Below are positions 28,305-41,701 of a DNA stretch of 64,000 bases, piece by piece. Both the position numbers and the translations under genes were made by a program. Below the pieces are notes generated by a model that saw nothing but the letters and a program-made list of their open reading frames with translations, ran no database searches and was not told where the DNA came from. Positions within the stretch are counted from its first letter, which is position 1. Each line of letters starts with the position of its first letter. Source of the stretch: Octopus vulgaris (lineage: Eukaryota); the NCBI GenBank assembly GCA_951406725.2, contig OX597815.1, positions 117,552,001 through 117,616,000 of the forward strand, in the 5' to 3' direction.

Positions 28305-28978
28305 TCATACAATATGAGGTCGGTCGAATCAGTCACCTGGAGGTACACAGGATCTTCAGTGATGTTATGAGTAATAGTTATAACTCAGAGTAACAAGAAT
28401 CTTACTCACCCAACACAATATATATTACTAATCGTTATTATGTTTCTGAGTATCCTCTTTTCCCCCGATAGTTAGCAATAAACTAATTTTAAAAAATGGC
28501 ACTCCATCGGGAGTGTTCTGGGTGATCCGACCAAAGGAAGATCCTGCTCGTGAAATTAATGTACGAGTGGCTGAGCACTCAACAGACACGTGTAACCTTA
28601 ACGTAGTTCTCAGGGAGATTTGGCGTCATACAAAATGTGACAATGCCAACCCTTTGAAATACAGGTGCTACTCATTTTAGGCCAGCTGAGTGGACTGCCA
28701 ACGTGGCGACTTGCGCAAGGACAAAGCGGTTGGGATTTTTGTTCATCATTATCATCATCATCTCATTAATATTTTTGTCCAGCCCGCAGCTACTCATCTG
28801 TGTACGGCTTTCATGGCCAATTTTATGAATAAAAGTAGCTTGCTTACCAGCCACATGGTTCAGGGTTCAGTCCCACAGCGTAGCACGTGTCTTCTACTGA
28901 AGCCTCGGGCCGACGACAGCCTTGTGAGGGGATATGATAGACGGAAACTGAATGAAACCCGTCGTATATATATGTGAT

Positions 28979-29180
28979 ATAATATGTGACAGTTACTCGG
29001 TTGCCATAAAAAAACTCCGAGTTTCGGATGTCGGGGCGGAAATCTGCTCTGGAATCTCGTCAGTTATTAAGACATTCAATGATTGCCTTAATAACTGACG
29101 AGATGCCGGAGTAGATTTCCGCCCCGACATTCCGAAACTCGGAGATTTATTATGGCAACCGAATAATTGTCACATATTAT
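28979..29180. mobile_element. ~200-bp palindromic element with a hammerhead-like motif in each arm
   Basis: Arms 28979-29071 and 29087-29180 are inverted. Each reads taataa CUGACGA [hairpin] GAAA CUCGGAG outward from the centre. Confidence 0.75.
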
Positions 29181-29289
29181 ATTACAGATAAATTCCTCTA
29201 TTAACATAATATCGAGGTCTCATCCATTCTTTTGTTGTTATACCATTACTTTTAACACACAGACGCACACACACATACATATATATGTG

Positions 29290-29530
29290 CGTGTGTGTGT
29301 GTGTGTGTGTATTTTGTGTGTATATTTATGTGTCTGTGTTTGTCCCCCCCCCATCGCTTGACAACCAATTCTGGTGTGTTTACGTCCCCCGTAACGTAGC
29401 TGTTCGGCGAAAGAGGCCGATAAAACAAGTACTAGGCTTACACAGAATGAGTCCTGGGTCGATTTGTCCGACTAAAGGTGGTGCTCCAGCATGACCGCAC
29501 TCAAATGATTGAAACAAATAAAAGAGTAAA
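29290..29530 (+). mobile_element. SINE family D, 3' half (5' half at 28830-28975)
   Basis: catcgcttgacaacc...acgtcccccgtaac...ggtgctccagcatgaccgc...gaaacaaataaaagagta. Confidence 0.8.
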
Positions 29531-29547
29531 AGGATATATGTGTGCGA

Positions 29548-29603
<56 letters not shown>

Positions 29604-30107
29604 GTATATATGGAGTGGGAGGAAGGTGTATGTATACATCTCATTATATAATTTATCATGATTATATACATCGTTTCAGTTGTATAGGCGGATGTTTTGT
29701 CACCAAACACTGGTGCTACTGAGCAATGTGTAGTATATAAATGTTTTCTAAGAAAACTAACAACATATTCCGCTTAGGTAGAGATAATGACGAAGTAAAC
29801 GATCATGGTGATGATGATGATGATGATGATGATGAGGATGATGACAATCATGGTAGTGGTTGTGATGGTGGTGGTGGTTGTGTTTATGATTCGCCTTCTC
29901 AGCATCGTTATGACAATGGTATTTTGGAGTGTATTATGCTTTTGTGCACATAGATGCAAATGCACAGACACGACAAACATGCGCGCACACACACGTACAC
30001 ATATACACACAAAAAACACACACAAACACAAATACTCTCAATACAAACATATACACATATGCATATATATATATATGTTTATTATATACACAAACATATA
30101 TACATGG

Positions 30108-30174
<67 letters not shown>

Positions 30175-30207
30175 ATACATACATGCATGCACACATACAT
30201 ACATACA

Positions 30208-30264
<57 letters not shown>

Positions 30265-31119
30265 CATATAATTATATTCAGTAACACTTGGGGCACAAAG
30301 CCGTAATATTTCAACGTCTGAAACCAGGTGGTTTCAATAATTTTCGAGATTTTGTTCAAATAGAATGAGGAACATTATTCTCCTCTCATCTTCAAGAGAT
30401 GTAAATATGAACATATGGAGCTCGTCTGCCGAGTTTCTCCCTTGGAAAATATCTTGCCAAAAATGATGCCATCTTGTAATCATAATAGTTGCAGGAATTT
30501 AGGAAGAAGTAGAATTTATAAAATCTTATTCTCTTTGTAGATATCTTAAATATAACATCGCTGTTTATTTGATTATGGAAACACCAATTCTATACTGTGA
30601 TATCAAGGATGATAATAATAAAAGCTAAAATTATATTTTTTATGAATTACTTTTGTCTTATGGGGGTTTTCTAAGGTTTTCGACTGACAGGATGTAATAA
30701 TTTTAGTTTCCAGTACCCCTACAGTTGTGGCAGCTTAAATCAAGGATGCTAGACAGGGAGTTAACTTTAAATAAATATCACGGGAAGTAATATATTCTGT
30801 TTTCAAGACCTCTGATATGATGATAACTTTAGGTCAAAAGGTCTGTGTGATGGAGGTTAACTGAAATTTATATCTCACGATATTTTGTAGCCGGTAGCTT
30901 GCCTTAAAGTACTGTATTTGATGGCATCTAAGACACACGTCATAGTAGACTCATCCCAATTTCATCAACACATATTGAAAAAAAGAATCTTTAGTGCATT
31001 AAACATTATGGGAGGTCCAACTTCACACATGGGATTCGGGGTGATATTTTTGAGAATTCTTTGGGGGAAAAATGTGTCTTATATGCAATCAAATATGCTA
31101 AGTTGCGTTAAAAATAATA

Positions 31120-31342
31120 TTGATTTCAAATTTTGGCAAAAGTCCAGCAATTTCGAGTGAGGGAATAAGTCGATTACATCGTCCCCACCATCAGTGTTCA
31201 ACTGGTACTTATTTTATCGACCACGAAGGGATTAAAGGCAACGTCGACTTTAGCGGAATTTGAACACAGAACGCAATGACGGACGAAATGCTGCCAAGCA
31301 TTTTGCCTGGCGTGCTAACCATTCTGCCAGCTAGCCACCTTT
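31120..31342 (-). mobile_element. SINE family A
   Basis: ctggtacttattttatcgacc...ggaatttgaacacagaac...ttctgccagctagccacctt. Confidence 0.8.
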
Positions 31343-32061
31343 GCGTTCAAAATGATATTGACGAAAGTGCGCTCTTTCCAAGAGTTCAGACATAATTTAC
31401 CAGGACGCATTAACTCTCGCTGATGAAACATTGCGCAAAAGTGCAAACCTCTGTTAAGGATCTCAGGTTTCACTAGTTTCGTTGCACATGAGATCTATGC
31501 ATCAAAGGTTAAATATTTAATTCTCGTAATATGTGATTCCAAATAAGATTGCTGTTCAATTTAATCGCCAAATTTGAAAATCGTTAATTTAAAAAATACG
31601 CCTATGTGATCCTTAAATGGTCTGAGTGAATCAGCTAAATATTACCAATCTCAGGGTTAGAGAATATTGAAGCAGAATATCGAAGATGTTGAAGTAGAAT
31701 ATCGAAGTGAAAAATGTATGTTCAGGCATGGCTGTGTGGTAAGAAGTTTGCTTCCGCGCATGCGTCGATCTATTCGCTGGTTTTTTTTTTTACAAGACGG
31801 ACGGAAATTTTTGAGCTGCTTGGCAGCGGTTTGTCGGTGAGTGTTGTACCGGTGGAAAGGGATGTATTCGGACCTTAGCGAGTATGAACTGTCCTCAGCA
31901 GAGGAGGAGCGCATTAAGGCGGTAAACAGAATGGACGAGCATTTGGAAAGGGTAAAGAGTTTTGCTGACGCTGCAGAGGTGAAGAAAAGGGAAGTGAACC
32001 TAGTCGGACTGAAGGAGCTTTAGAACGTTTGCACGGTAGTTTCTGGTAGCTGAACTCTGAA

Positions 32062-32680
32062 CTTGCGCTGCAATAACAAAACCTTCTGTTACCCTTTTCA
32101 GATCTGTCCCTTGTGGCCATCAGTGTGTTATGTTTTGGTCAATATCTGGCTTGGACAGTTGGTTAGGGTTTTTTCCACGCAGAAGCTTGCCTTTCCAGCT
32201 TCTTTGCTTTTTGTTTGATTTTTTTTTTCATCAGTGATAGGTTTGTCACTAATTGGATCACATTGGTTTTTCTGAATGTTAATTACTAAATCAGGAGAAG
32301 CAATGGTAGGTCTGTCAGTATTTGGGTGTCTTTGGTCATTCTTATTGTTAACTTGTAGGTCAAGAGACTTTTTAAATTTCTGACTAAGCTGAAGGTTGCT
32401 TGGAATCTTCATGCTTCAGTGCAGTTCGCAAGAGCACATCACTTGTTGCATTAAGGAACGTTTCAAAGCTGATTTGAAGGATTGTTCGAGCTGTATCAGA
32501 CCTTCTCCACCTATTTTTCTTGGGAGATAAATCCTGTCTACATCTGATTTTGGATGGTGCATTCGGTACCTTGTAAGGATTTTACGGATCTTTCCAGCCA
32601 TATTCTGCATATCAGTGAGACTCCATTTAAGGATACCGAAGCTATATGTGGTTACTGGGATGGCCAAAGAATTGATCGCA
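32062..32680 (-). pseudogene. R4/Dong-type retrotransposon, post-RT region fragment
   Basis: AINSLAIPVTTYSFGILKWS...HHPKSDVDRIYLPRKIGGEGLIQLE, and further on WKGKLLRG...LKRVTEGFVIAAQ. The 5' junction sits directly in (TAA)n. Confidence 0.85.
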
Positions 32681-32702
32681 TTATTATTATTATTAATATT
32701 AC

Positions 32703-32795
<93 letters not shown>

Positions 32796-32919
32796 CATTA
32801 TTATTATTGTTGTTGTTGTCTCCCAAGTTTCGTTATCCATACAGTATGTGCGGTTCTTTGTTTACTCACACTAGGTATTTTCTTTTTATATATTTTATAT
32901 ATTTTATATATTTTGTTTA

Positions 32920-32999
<80 letters not shown>

Positions 33000-33232
33000 C
33001 ATTATTATTATTGTTGTTGTTGTCGATGTTGTTTTTATTATTATTCCGCCGAGGTCGACTTTGCTTTCGTCCTTTCGGGGTCGATAAATTAAGTACCAGT
33101 GAAATACTTGGGTCGATGTAATCCATTGGTCCCCTCCCAAAAATTTCAGGCCTTGTGCCTATAGTAGAAAGGATGATTATTATTATAACTATTCTTCTTC
33201 TTCTTCTTCTTCTTCTTCTTCTTCTTCTTCTT

Positions 33233-33298
<66 letters not shown>

Positions 33299-33468
33299 GG
33301 TTGTAGTAAGTCTGCGAGCCGGAAAATTGTTAGCACACCCATCAAAATGCTTAGCAGCATTTTATCGTCCTTATGTTCTGAGTTCAAATCCAACCACTTG
33401 AGTATTGGGGTCAATATAATCGACCACCCCTTCCCCAAATTCCAGGCCTTGTGCCTATAGTAGACAGG

Positions 33469-33537
<69 letters not shown>
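32680..33537. repeat. (TTA)n/(TTC)n tracts interleaved with SINE A copies (33045-33175, 33315-33470) and a MITE fragment (32820-32920)
   Basis: Direct reading. 32820-32920 matches 34710-34800. Confidence 0.85.
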
Positions 33538-34080
33538 TGATAAAAACTCAGGTTTTTTTGGTGGGTATGATGAAAAGTGTCAACAGTCCACAGCCAGCAG
33601 ACTAATGTGACTCTAGTTTACTGGTCATGCTTCAAGAATCCTGCGAAGAATTCTTGCAGTTCCAAGGAATCCTGATTTTTGTAGGTGTTCTACCTTTAAA
33701 TTTGTACCAATCTTTTTGATCCATGTTGTTAGTTGAGTGCCGAAACTGATACTTCCAAGCGTGCCAATTACTATTAGTATCACGTCAACACTCTTCATTT
33801 GTCCACAACTTGCGTATTTCCCATTTCAATTCATCAGTTATTCGCTTCTTCTTTTTCTTTCTCTTTGATCCTGTTGTTACCTGGACATATTACGTCGACT
33901 ATAGTGCATATTGTTTTCTATTTTGTTCGTCACAACAATGTCAGGTTTCCGATGTTTGATTTGATGGTCACACTGAATCATGGCATCCCACACGATTTTG
34001 CAATTTTCATTCTCAATGACTCCTTCTGACATTTTGTAATACCACGTCTTTGTTCTTCGCAGGCCATAATTTCCGGTAGT
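33538..34080 (-). pseudogene. R4/Dong-type retrotransposon 3' end (RLE)
   Basis: EGVIENENCKIVWDAMIQCDHQIKHRKPDIVV and, in other frames, ELKWEIRKLW...IVIGTLGS...LQKSGFLGTARILRRILEA*. The short 3' UTR runs into (TAA)n. Confidence 0.85.
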
Positions 34081-34546
34081 TGTAAGGTGGTGAGCCGACA
34101 GAATTGTTAGCACGTCGGCTAGAATGATTAGCGACATTTAATCGGACTTTACGTTCTGAGTTCAAATTCGCGTCTCATCCTTTCGATAAAATAAATAACA
34201 GTCGAGTAATTGGGGTCACTGTAATCAACTTTCCCCTCCCCACCTCCAGTTTTTGGGTTTGTGCCTTTAGTAGAAAGATTTAATAGTAGTAGTTGTAGTA
34301 GAAATAGTAGAAGTGGTGGTTATAGTAGTATTGTTGTTGTTTTTAGTATTGTTGTTATTCAGTTATTTAAATTTAGACACAATTCCGTACAAAAAGTACT
34401 ATAACAGTGTATCTGTTACCCCCCCCCCGCAACCACATAAAAACAAAACACACAAGGAGAACTTAATACAACCCCAAAATTATAATCAATCAGTTTGTCT
34501 AAGGGTATGCGGGAAAAATTGTTTTAATTTTATGCAGAATAACATA

Positions 34547-35040
34547 TACGGTAAATCCTCGACTATCGCGGGTGTTACGTCCCAAAAACCCCCGCGATAG
34601 GTGAAAATCTGCGAAGTAGAAACAGTACTGTACTGTATATTTTAAAAAATTATTTTTATAATTTGTATATATTTATTTTATTATAAATGCAAAACAACAC
34701 CACACTCACCTCCCAAGTTTCGTTTTCCATACAGTATGTGCTATTCTTTGTTTACTCATCTACGGCGCATTACGTATTTTCTTTTTATATATTTTGTTTA
34801 ATTATTATACAGTGCAGTACTGTACTGAATTTTTATTTATTAATTTGTTAATTTTTAGGCGTGAAAATGCTTATTTTGCCACAGAAATAAAGAAATTCTA
34901 AAAAAATATTACCAGTCGGCCGCAGGAACCCACGATATACCGAGAAGTCAGCGATATAAATTTACATATATTAGCCAAACAAATCCGCGATGTACTGAGA
35001 GCGTGATAGGTGAACCGCGATATGGCGAGTGATTACTATA
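34547..35040. mobile_element. pogo/Tigger-like MITE
   Basis: Imperfect TIRs ta-cggtaaatcctcgactatcgcgg / ccgcgatatggcgagtgattacta-ta, TA flanks, internal ccgcga repeats. Confidence 0.7.
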
Positions 35041-36131
35041 ATGAAATAAAATTCTTATGCTCGCTGCCAATGAATTCTATGTTGATTTATAAGACCAGAG
35101 TAATTTAAAACAAGGAATACTAGAAGTAGCAAAAATATTTGAATTGATTCCTGTTTAGTTTTCACGGTTTGATCAACTTACTATAAACAGAATACTTATG
35201 TATGAAATGGTCATTTAAAAGAAAAAAATAAAGCTAAAAATGTTCCGTATTGAGTCAGACTTAATTTCCGGCATTGTAAACCATGATCACTTCCGGTTAT
35301 TTGAAATGTTTTATATGCATAAAAAAATATGTCGATGAGTAAGCGGAAGTAAAACAGAGGCAGGAAGATAAGATTTAAGTAGATATAGGGATTAAGAGAA
35401 TTAGAATTGGTAAAGACATACACATATACGTGCATACATACATTCATTCATTCATAGATACACATATACACAGAAAGACAGTCAGACAGACCGTAAGCCA
35501 GACAGACAGACAAACAAACAAACACACACACACACACATACACACACACATACACACACACATACCTAAACCATTTTTGAATACCTTTAGGCACATCGAT
35601 TTATAACCTTTTAGGTATACCTTATGATTTTTGGATTCTTTCCCTTCTCACTCACTCTTACTCTTTTCCTCTCTTTGTTTATCTGTTTCTATCCCCCCTC
35701 TCTCTGTCCTTCTGTGCCTGTCAATATGTGTGTGTGTGTGTGTGTGAACTTTGGATTGTTGAACGACTGAAAGAGAAGTGCTCAATATATTTTGTAGAGC
35801 ATATGGTTTATTGAAGTTCAAATATATTTCCAGCTTTGCAAAGCTTTTCGTACATCAGCCAATGCATCATTTCTTATTCTAAAATAAGAGCAACCAGCTT
35901 TTAGTGGCCATGAACGACGGCTCTGTATGCGCAGCTAATGAAGCGCAATGGCGCAGAAACGCATGCGCCCTACAGCCCAGTAATGTCATTCATGGCGTAG
36001 TGGTGTGTTCACACCTACATTCGCACATTATTTATAAGGAAAGGAGAGTTTCTTCTCTCGAAACAACCTATGCAGCTTATTGTCTTTCTTTGTCCAGATC
36101 TGCACGAACATTTTAAATATGACTGTATAAT

Positions 36132-36480
<349 letters not shown>

Positions 36481-36944
36481 CACACATATTGCAAGTAAGT
36501 ACGCATACATATTTAAATAATGAAGTTCGACTGTAGCTTGCACGTGATGTGCTTAAAACAAAGCAAATATTTTGGTGACATACAAATACACACATCCAAA
36601 GGCAAACAACAATATGTTTTAATATTTAATTTTTATAGTGTGGAGTAAATCTATTGCATATATCGCGGTTGATATGAAAGATTCTGGTGTTTCATCCTGT
36701 TTAATAATCCATGTTTAAGACATAAAGGAAATAGAATGTATTGCAAAAGAGATAAAATGATGTTTTCTTTAGAATAGGCACGGGGCCAATTTTTGGTAAC
36801 GGATGGAGGTACAGCGGAGGTCGAATCGAATGGTGAGTATTCCAGGTTTTGTGTATTTTACCAACGTCCGGTAAGGATGAATATAAAAGTTGTAGCCCCA
36901 ATGCAATCTTTGTCCAGAAATTTGAATAACCACCTGCAATTCTG

Positions 36945-36989
36945 AGCTGCTGCTGCTGGTACTACTACTACTACTACTACTACTGCTGG

Positions 36990-37065
<76 letters not shown>

Positions 37066-37102
37066 GCAATAACAACAGCAACAAATACCACCACCACCTT
37101 CG

Positions 37103-37144
<42 letters not shown>

Positions 37145-37187
37145 ACTACTGCAATAACAACAGCAACAAATACCACCACCACCTTCG

Positions 37188-37223
<36 letters not shown>

Positions 37224-37268
37224 TTACTACTGCAATAACAACAGCAACAAATACCACCACCACCTTCG

Positions 37269-37332
<64 letters not shown>

Positions 37333-37350
37333 AACTGCTGCTGCTGCAAC
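36945..37350. repeat. (ACT)n tract with a 3x repeated ~40-bp higher-order unit
   Basis: gcaataacaacagcaacaaataccaccaccaccttcgcc at 37066, 37151 and 37232. Confidence 0.9.
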
Positions 37351-39171
37351 TGCTTGCTTCGTTTTTCTGCTAAATACATCAATTATTTTTGGTGTTGCTG
37401 TTAAGGCATGAGTTCTAATTCAACCGAACTATAATCAAAGAGGTTCAAGCCATGGCTATCCTGTGTTTTTATCAGTCAGTGTACAACCAAGTTATCACAT
37501 GTGTCCTTCCTCATTTATGATAGTAGCGTGTGATTTGACAAAGAATTTGGCACTATTTTTAACAGACCCAACAACCGCGTACAGGGTTCCTCATTGGCTC
37601 GTACAGGTTAGATTTAATTCTTTCCGTAACCTGGAATCTTCCTTTTATCTTTTGTCTTGCTTTAGTCAGTGACTGCAGCCATGTTCAGGCACTGCCTTGA
37701 ATGTATATTATATCATTCTACATACAGTTTTCATTGAGGGACATTTCCCTTCATCAGCAGTCAACCGGAAATCGTAACGATTTTTGAACCTTAAGACAAC
37801 ATCGCAACTTCTAACAATGGCAAGAAACATTGATGATATAAAAAATATCCAAGGTCTTTTGATTTTCTTCACGATACACTTAGTACTTGTTTTTATTATT
37901 CATGCAGTCACTAGACCAAGCAAAGAACATCCATCCGCAATCACTCCTACCATGCACTGGCTGTTTTGTTTTGCTATTTACTGAGCATTTGTTTTGCGTT
38001 TTCAGCTTCGGACTTTCTTTCACATGTCTCATATATATCCAAGATAAAGTGCTCCTTGCTTTTCTCTGTAGATCGAAAATCACTGTTCAACTATTCTTCT
38101 GAAGTTCGATTCTAGACAGCTACCTACAGACTCATGACAAACTATTCATACTGCCATTCTCATACATCACTTTTAAATTTTATCTTATTGGTTAATGTAT
38201 CCAAAATACACTATGTCTACAAAAAGGGAAGATAGACACTGCTGGAATGCCTTTTATCATAATATAGTTTAACGGTTGTAACAATTTCACTCTGTTTTAT
38301 TTTAACATATTTTATCGCCGAAAAGTTGTAATAAATGAAAAACGATAGAAATGCAGTACAAAAAGTGCTTGTAGGTTATTTTTGGTAAATGTTTTCATGG
38401 ACTTAATAAATGTATAAAATGTCAAGGCTCGAACTAAAAATACACAAAAATATATATCAGCTTTGGAAATTTAACATGCACATTCTTCGTAAATTATCTA
38501 CGTTGAATAAACCTTTATTGAATCTAATTTTGTATTTAGGGCAATAAATTTAACAGTTGATGTGCTTTAATTCTTATCTTTCCGGGTGGAGATATTAGAT
38601 GCTGAATATAATAATTATATTCTATTTCCCTTACAGTTTTTCCATTGAAATCATTATATCAGGATGTTTCTGTTTTATTATATCGAGATTTTGTTGTATG
38701 CTTCATTCATACACATATATTTTTTAAATTTAAATTTTATTATGAACAATGCCCTGTTTTACTGCTGATGTAATGATAGCTGCTGGCCAACTTGCTCATA
38801 ATTCAAGACGCCATGTTGTTAAATTGCCTGCTGCTTTATTCGTCCATCTATTTATAAACTGTAGCCTTGCATCATGATCAAGGAAATAGAAAGGCAACAG
38901 AGAATGAAATAACTTTACTGTCAACATTTTAACAGTTTATTGGTTGACTTACCAGGAGGTAACATTTTGTGATGAGCTATCTGATTAATTTCTAATGTAC
39001 TGTTAGTTTCTGTTTTACCTTCTCTTTAACGAATTATATTTTGCCATTATTATAATTTATTATAATAGAATATGCCTGATAAATATCATAAAATAATCAT
39101 AGATAATAAATAATCGTTTCTTAAGTACCTCATCTTTCCATGTGTGAATGTGTGTATATATATATATATAT

Positions 39172-39310
39172 TAAACGAAAAGTTAACGTCGTTAATCATT
39201 AATCCGTTAACCAAAAAGTTAACTCCATTAATCGTTAAGTCATTAATTTCTTTGAAAATGTAACTTAAGTTAACTTTAATCCGTTAACGTTAACTTTAAT
39301 TGAAAAAAGG
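39172..39310. mobile_element. GTTAAC-rich subterminal region of a probable DNA transposon (hAT-like)
   Basis: Dense gttaac/cgttaa repeats right after (TA)n. Confidence 0.45.
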
Positions 39311-40757
39311 CGTACCTACAGTTTAATACCCCACCGACTTCATCGCCTCATAGCTTCCAGAAAAATGGATAATTTTTAACAAAACTTTCCCCATACCCTG
39401 TAGATTGAGTATATGTAACTATTTGTGGGAAGAGAATTTTTCGTAGGGTTTGGGAGAGGAGTTTCTGAAAATTCACAGGACTCAACATGTTCCCCCTCAT
39501 AACTTTCTGGAAAATAGGTATTTTTTAATGAAATGTTATAAAAATTCCTTTCAAATGATTACGATTACAAAGAAATGTGTAGGCAAAATTTTTAGAAGGG
39601 GGCAGGGGGAAGGAGTTTCTGGAAAACGGTTTCGGATCAGACGGTCCACACAAGTTGGAATTTCTCCGTTCTAACTGGGATTTTTTCCAGTGATTTTTGC
39701 CAAGTCTTCAGAATGTTGGGAAGCATATTTTCCCGAAAAATAAAAGAGAAAAAAAACATTGAAAAATTTCTTCACTCCCGCCACCCCCTCACCACCCAGT
39801 CCGAAACGATTTTGGCCATTTTATTTTCACTACACAACCCATGAGAGAAACGTTTTTGTTTTTTTTTTAAATTGTTAATAATTTTAGAGGAAAATGTATG
39901 ATTTAAGGGATATCTGGCAGTTGTTTCAACCAAATCCCAAAACTTCCCTCTTTGCTTCTTTCTCACTCACACATCTGTTGATGTTTTCAATATTTTTCTC
40001 CATATGGACAAATTTTATGGAACGATGATATCAAAGTAATAACACACGTACATATAAAGCACTCACTAACAAAGTTTCAAATCTGTATGTAAAAAATTTA
40101 TAAAGTTACAAGCAAATATTGTGGACACCTCTCTTGAACCGGAATAATTCAAAATAACGTGAACAAATAAGCATTGCATTTGACAGATTAATATGAACAC
40201 TAAAGATGCTTTCATGTGCTGTTTGTTGCACACAAACATAACACGACCGCCAAAGCCGCTGCAAACCACTTTTTGCCGGTAGGAGGGGTGGTGGAGACCT
40301 CGAAGTTTCCCACCAAGGGAGTTTTATTTCGCGGGTCTTTTTTTCTTTTCCAGGTTATTTTGCATATGACATCGAAATCACGCGTAAACAGCTATTTTTT
40401 CCAGAAAAGGAAAGATTTGCTTGCTATTTCTTGCATCCCTGCTACCATGTAACAGCTATTTGCGCTCATACCGAAATATTTACCAACTTTTTCCTTTCGT
40501 TTATTTTTTCCACTTTATAGAAGTCAATATTTTCTCTGTTGACATCCACCTCAGTTAATTTTGCTTTTCTCCCAGTTCTGTGCTTTCTGAAAGAAAAGCC
40601 AGTTCTACCTGCTATAGTTGTCTGCCTCGTTGCCGCGGTCAAGAATCATTCACAGTGTGTCGGTCAAGATTATCTCTGATTTCTTGCCTACGGAACGCTG
40701 GCATTTATAATAATTATATTCCAGCTAGAAAGATGGCAATACCATTATAAGCATAGC

Positions 40758-41355
40758 GTATACGTGTGGAGACAGCCAAAAGAAGCATTTGACTCAGTCT
40801 GCCTTCTTCCAACTGTTAAACGTGGAGGAGGATCTGTGATGATCGGAGGGGGGGGGGTTATCTTGGAAATCCGCCGGCCCAATGGTTTCTCTTCATGGCA
40901 GAATTAATAGTCAAGACTATTTAAACATTTTAACTGATCAAATTCATCCTTTGGTTGCGGAACTGTTTCTGGAGGGAAATGCAATCTTTCAGGATGATAA
41001 TGCACCAATTCACACAGCTAAAGTTGTTACTGAATGACACGAGAAATATTCTAGTGAAGTTGAACATCTTATCTGGCCACCACAGTCCCCAGATCTCAAT
41101 ATTATTGGACGTTTATGGTGCATTTTAGAAAAACAGGTAAGGAATCGATATCCTCCACCATCATCACTACAAGAACTGGAGACTGTTTTAGCTGAAGAAT
41201 GGACAAAAATTCCTTTGGAAACAATTCAATCATTGTACGAGTCCATATCTCGTAGAATTCAAGCTGTAATCACTGCCAAAGGCAGTCCTACCACATATTA
41301 AAATAAATCTGTTTGAAATTTTAAGGTGTTTCCATTATTTTGTTCAACCCCTGTA
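40758..41355 (+). mobile_element. Tc1-family transposon 3' half with right TIR; DD36E spacing; inactive
   Basis: YVWRQPKEAF...PTVKRGGGSVMI...IFQDDNAPIHTAKVV...WPPQSPDLNIIG...RRIQAVITAKGSPTTY* (stop 41299-41301). Internal stop and frameshift. TIR ggtgtttccattattttgttcaacccctg followed by TA. Confidence 0.92.
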
Positions 41356-41637
41356 TATATATATATATATACAGAAAACAAGGCTATTTTATTCCACACG
41401 TGTAGAAATATAGGAAAAATAGAAGTTGAAAATGCACTGTGGATACTGTGAATTTTTTTATTACATTTGAAGATATAACCGGTTAGATTTATGTACATAC
41501 TTACATACATGTGTATATATATAAATGCATATATGAGTACAGGACGCCACAAAACGTAAACAACATGAAATACAAAATCAACATGAAATACGAAGACAAG
41601 TAACATAAAGAACGACCTTTCATCTTCTCATTTCGAG

Positions 41638-41701
<64 letters not shown>

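Noticed and set aside
37066-37271. CRISPR-like repeat-spacer pattern
   Set aside because: Spacers are (ACT)n microsatellite, the context is eukaryotic, and there are no cas genes.
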